This document shows, piece by piece, positions 63,245 to 64,000 of a stretch of DNA of 64,000 bases. Origin of the DNA: Sideroxydans sp. (lineage in GTDB: Bacteria; Pseudomonadota; Gammaproteobacteria; Burkholderiales; Gallionellaceae). The stretch spans positions 26,968 through 90,967 of the forward strand of contig JBBIIJ010000002.1 of the NCBI GenBank assembly GCA_037446535.1, given 5' to 3'. Under the pieces are notes generated by a model that was not told the origin of the DNA, searched no databases, and saw only the letters and a program-made list of their open reading frames with translations. Position 1 is the first letter of the stretch, and each line of letters starts with the position of its first letter. The position numbers were made by a program, and so were the translations under genes.

Positions 63245-63591
63245 CAGATACCCCAGAGGATTTGCACCGACCAGATCGCATACAGGATCAGCGCCAGTAT
63301 GACCAGCGCATGGATCAGCAGGCGGATGCCGGCAGGCTTGACGTAATCCATCACGATGTCGCGCATGCCCACCCAAGCGTGATAGAACACGCAGAACAGG
63401 AAGAGCAGCGAGAAAGTGCGCGTGACGTTGCCCGAGAAGAGCTCGACCCAGGTGTCGTAGCCGAAGGACGGCTGCACCAGCAGGTAGATGGCGATCGCCA
63501 GGGTGTACACCGCCATGACCGCAGCCGTGATGCGTTGCGCGAGCCAGTCGCGCAGGCCGTAGTGCGCGCCGGTGATGACGCGGTTCACCAT
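63244..63591 (-). CDS. sdhD: Succinate dehydrogenase membrane anchor subunit SdhD
   Basis: 115 aa, three TM helices, [23 protein letters not shown]. The stop overlaps the sdhA start by 1 nt. Confidence 0.85.
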   Translation of the reverse strand: MVNRVITGAHYGLRDWLAQRITAAVMAVYTLAIAIYLLVQPSFGYDTWVELFSGNVTRTFSLLFLFCVFYHAWVGMRDIVMDYVKPAGIRLLIHALVILALILYAIWSVQILWGI

Positions 63592-63959
63592 AGCTGCGCT
63601 CCCAGCACAACCGTCAGGGTCAGGCTGGCCGCCATCACCCAGCGGCTGCTGGCACGCGCGGCCGCCAACGTAGGTAACAGGTGCAGATCGATGGCCAGGT
63701 AGCGCAGGCCGGCGCAGAAATGATGCAGGAAGGCCCACAGCAGCCCCAGCAGTACCAACTTGAGGAGCGGGCTCGCGAGGTGTTCAGTAAGGTTGGTATA
63801 GGTCTCGACGGAACGCAGGCTCTGGTCGAGCAGCAGGAGCAGAAAAGGCAGCGCCAGAAACAACACTGCACCGCTGATGCGGTGCAGGATGGATACAACA
63901 GCCGGGAGGGGCTGTTTGATCTCGAGCAGAGCCAGATGTTTAGGGCGCTTTTTATTCAT
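63585..63959 (-). CDS. sdhC: Succinate dehydrogenase cytochrome b556 subunit SdhC
   Basis: [30 protein letters not shown] is a typical SdhC N-terminus with the heme-ligand His region. First gene of the sdh operon. Confidence 0.85.
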   Translation of the reverse strand: MNKKRPKHLALLEIKQPLPAVVSILHRISGAVLFLALPFLLLLLDQSLRSVETYTNLTEHLASPLLKLVLLGLLWAFLHHFCAGLRYLAIDLHLLPTLAAARASSRWVMAASLTLTVVLGAQLW

Positions 63960-64000
63960 TATTTCCGCAGCCAAAGTCGAGTGGCGCAATGCTACACCTG

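Noticed and set aside
59168-63346. A 1392-aa uninterrupted plus-strand ORF spanning four genes
   Set aside because: It is antisense to gltA, sdhE, sdhB and sdhA, whose minus-strand products are unmistakable. gltA, sdhB and sdhA share one phase (start coordinates 60448, 61471 and 63244 are all 1 mod 3). The plus ORF sits in the antisense frame where a stop would require the sense codons TTA, CTA or TCA, which are rare in GC-rich genes. The translation is Arg/Ala/His/Gly/Val-rich with no motif. It is a shadow ORF.

Overview
This is a visibly GC-rich proteobacterial chromosome segment, with gene order typical of Beta/Gammaproteobacteria. It is almost entirely core housekeeping DNA arranged in long, tightly coupled operons.

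Content from left to right:
- An edge-truncated lipoprotein gene that is missing from the ORF track.
- A partial type II secretion cluster, gspCDEF.
- lolC-lolD.
- A ~7.3 kb accessory-looking insertion. It holds an S9 peptidase lipoprotein, a polytopic membrane protein, a small winged-helix regulator, a TonB-dependent receptor, a convergent PAS-GGDEF-hemerythrin diguanylate cyclase and a 36-codon ORF.
- DUF2062 and comEC.
- An aminotransferase.
- A 948-aa protein with a huge Ala/Glu repeat coiled coil and an AsmA-like C-terminus.
- tRNA-Asn, then an AsnB-family amidotransferase.
- ccmABCDEFGHI (minus strand).
- fabI.
- ppiD, tRNA-Asp, tRNA-Val, hupB, lon, clpX, clpP, tig (minus strand).
- A glycogen cluster: glgB-pgi-glgA-glgC-GH57-ROK kinase-glgP (minus strand).
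- tRNA-Leu.
- A TCA cluster: sdhCDAB-sdhE-gltA-sucA-sucB, followed by a yhdH/acuI-like reductase (minus strand).

I saw no CRISPR array, rRNA, transposase, integrase or phage gene.

Candidates for something undescribed, all unproven:
- The self-contained 4-gene module at 9.0-14.7 kb, with a tandem palindromic operator over its promoter.
- The cytoplasmic-coiled-coil/AsmA-like membrane protein, which carries 7 x 27-bp tandem repeats.
- A palindromic element inserted in frame in the sucB linker.

The many very long ORFs on the opposite strand of known genes (up to 1392 aa) are GC-driven shadow ORFs and were rejected.
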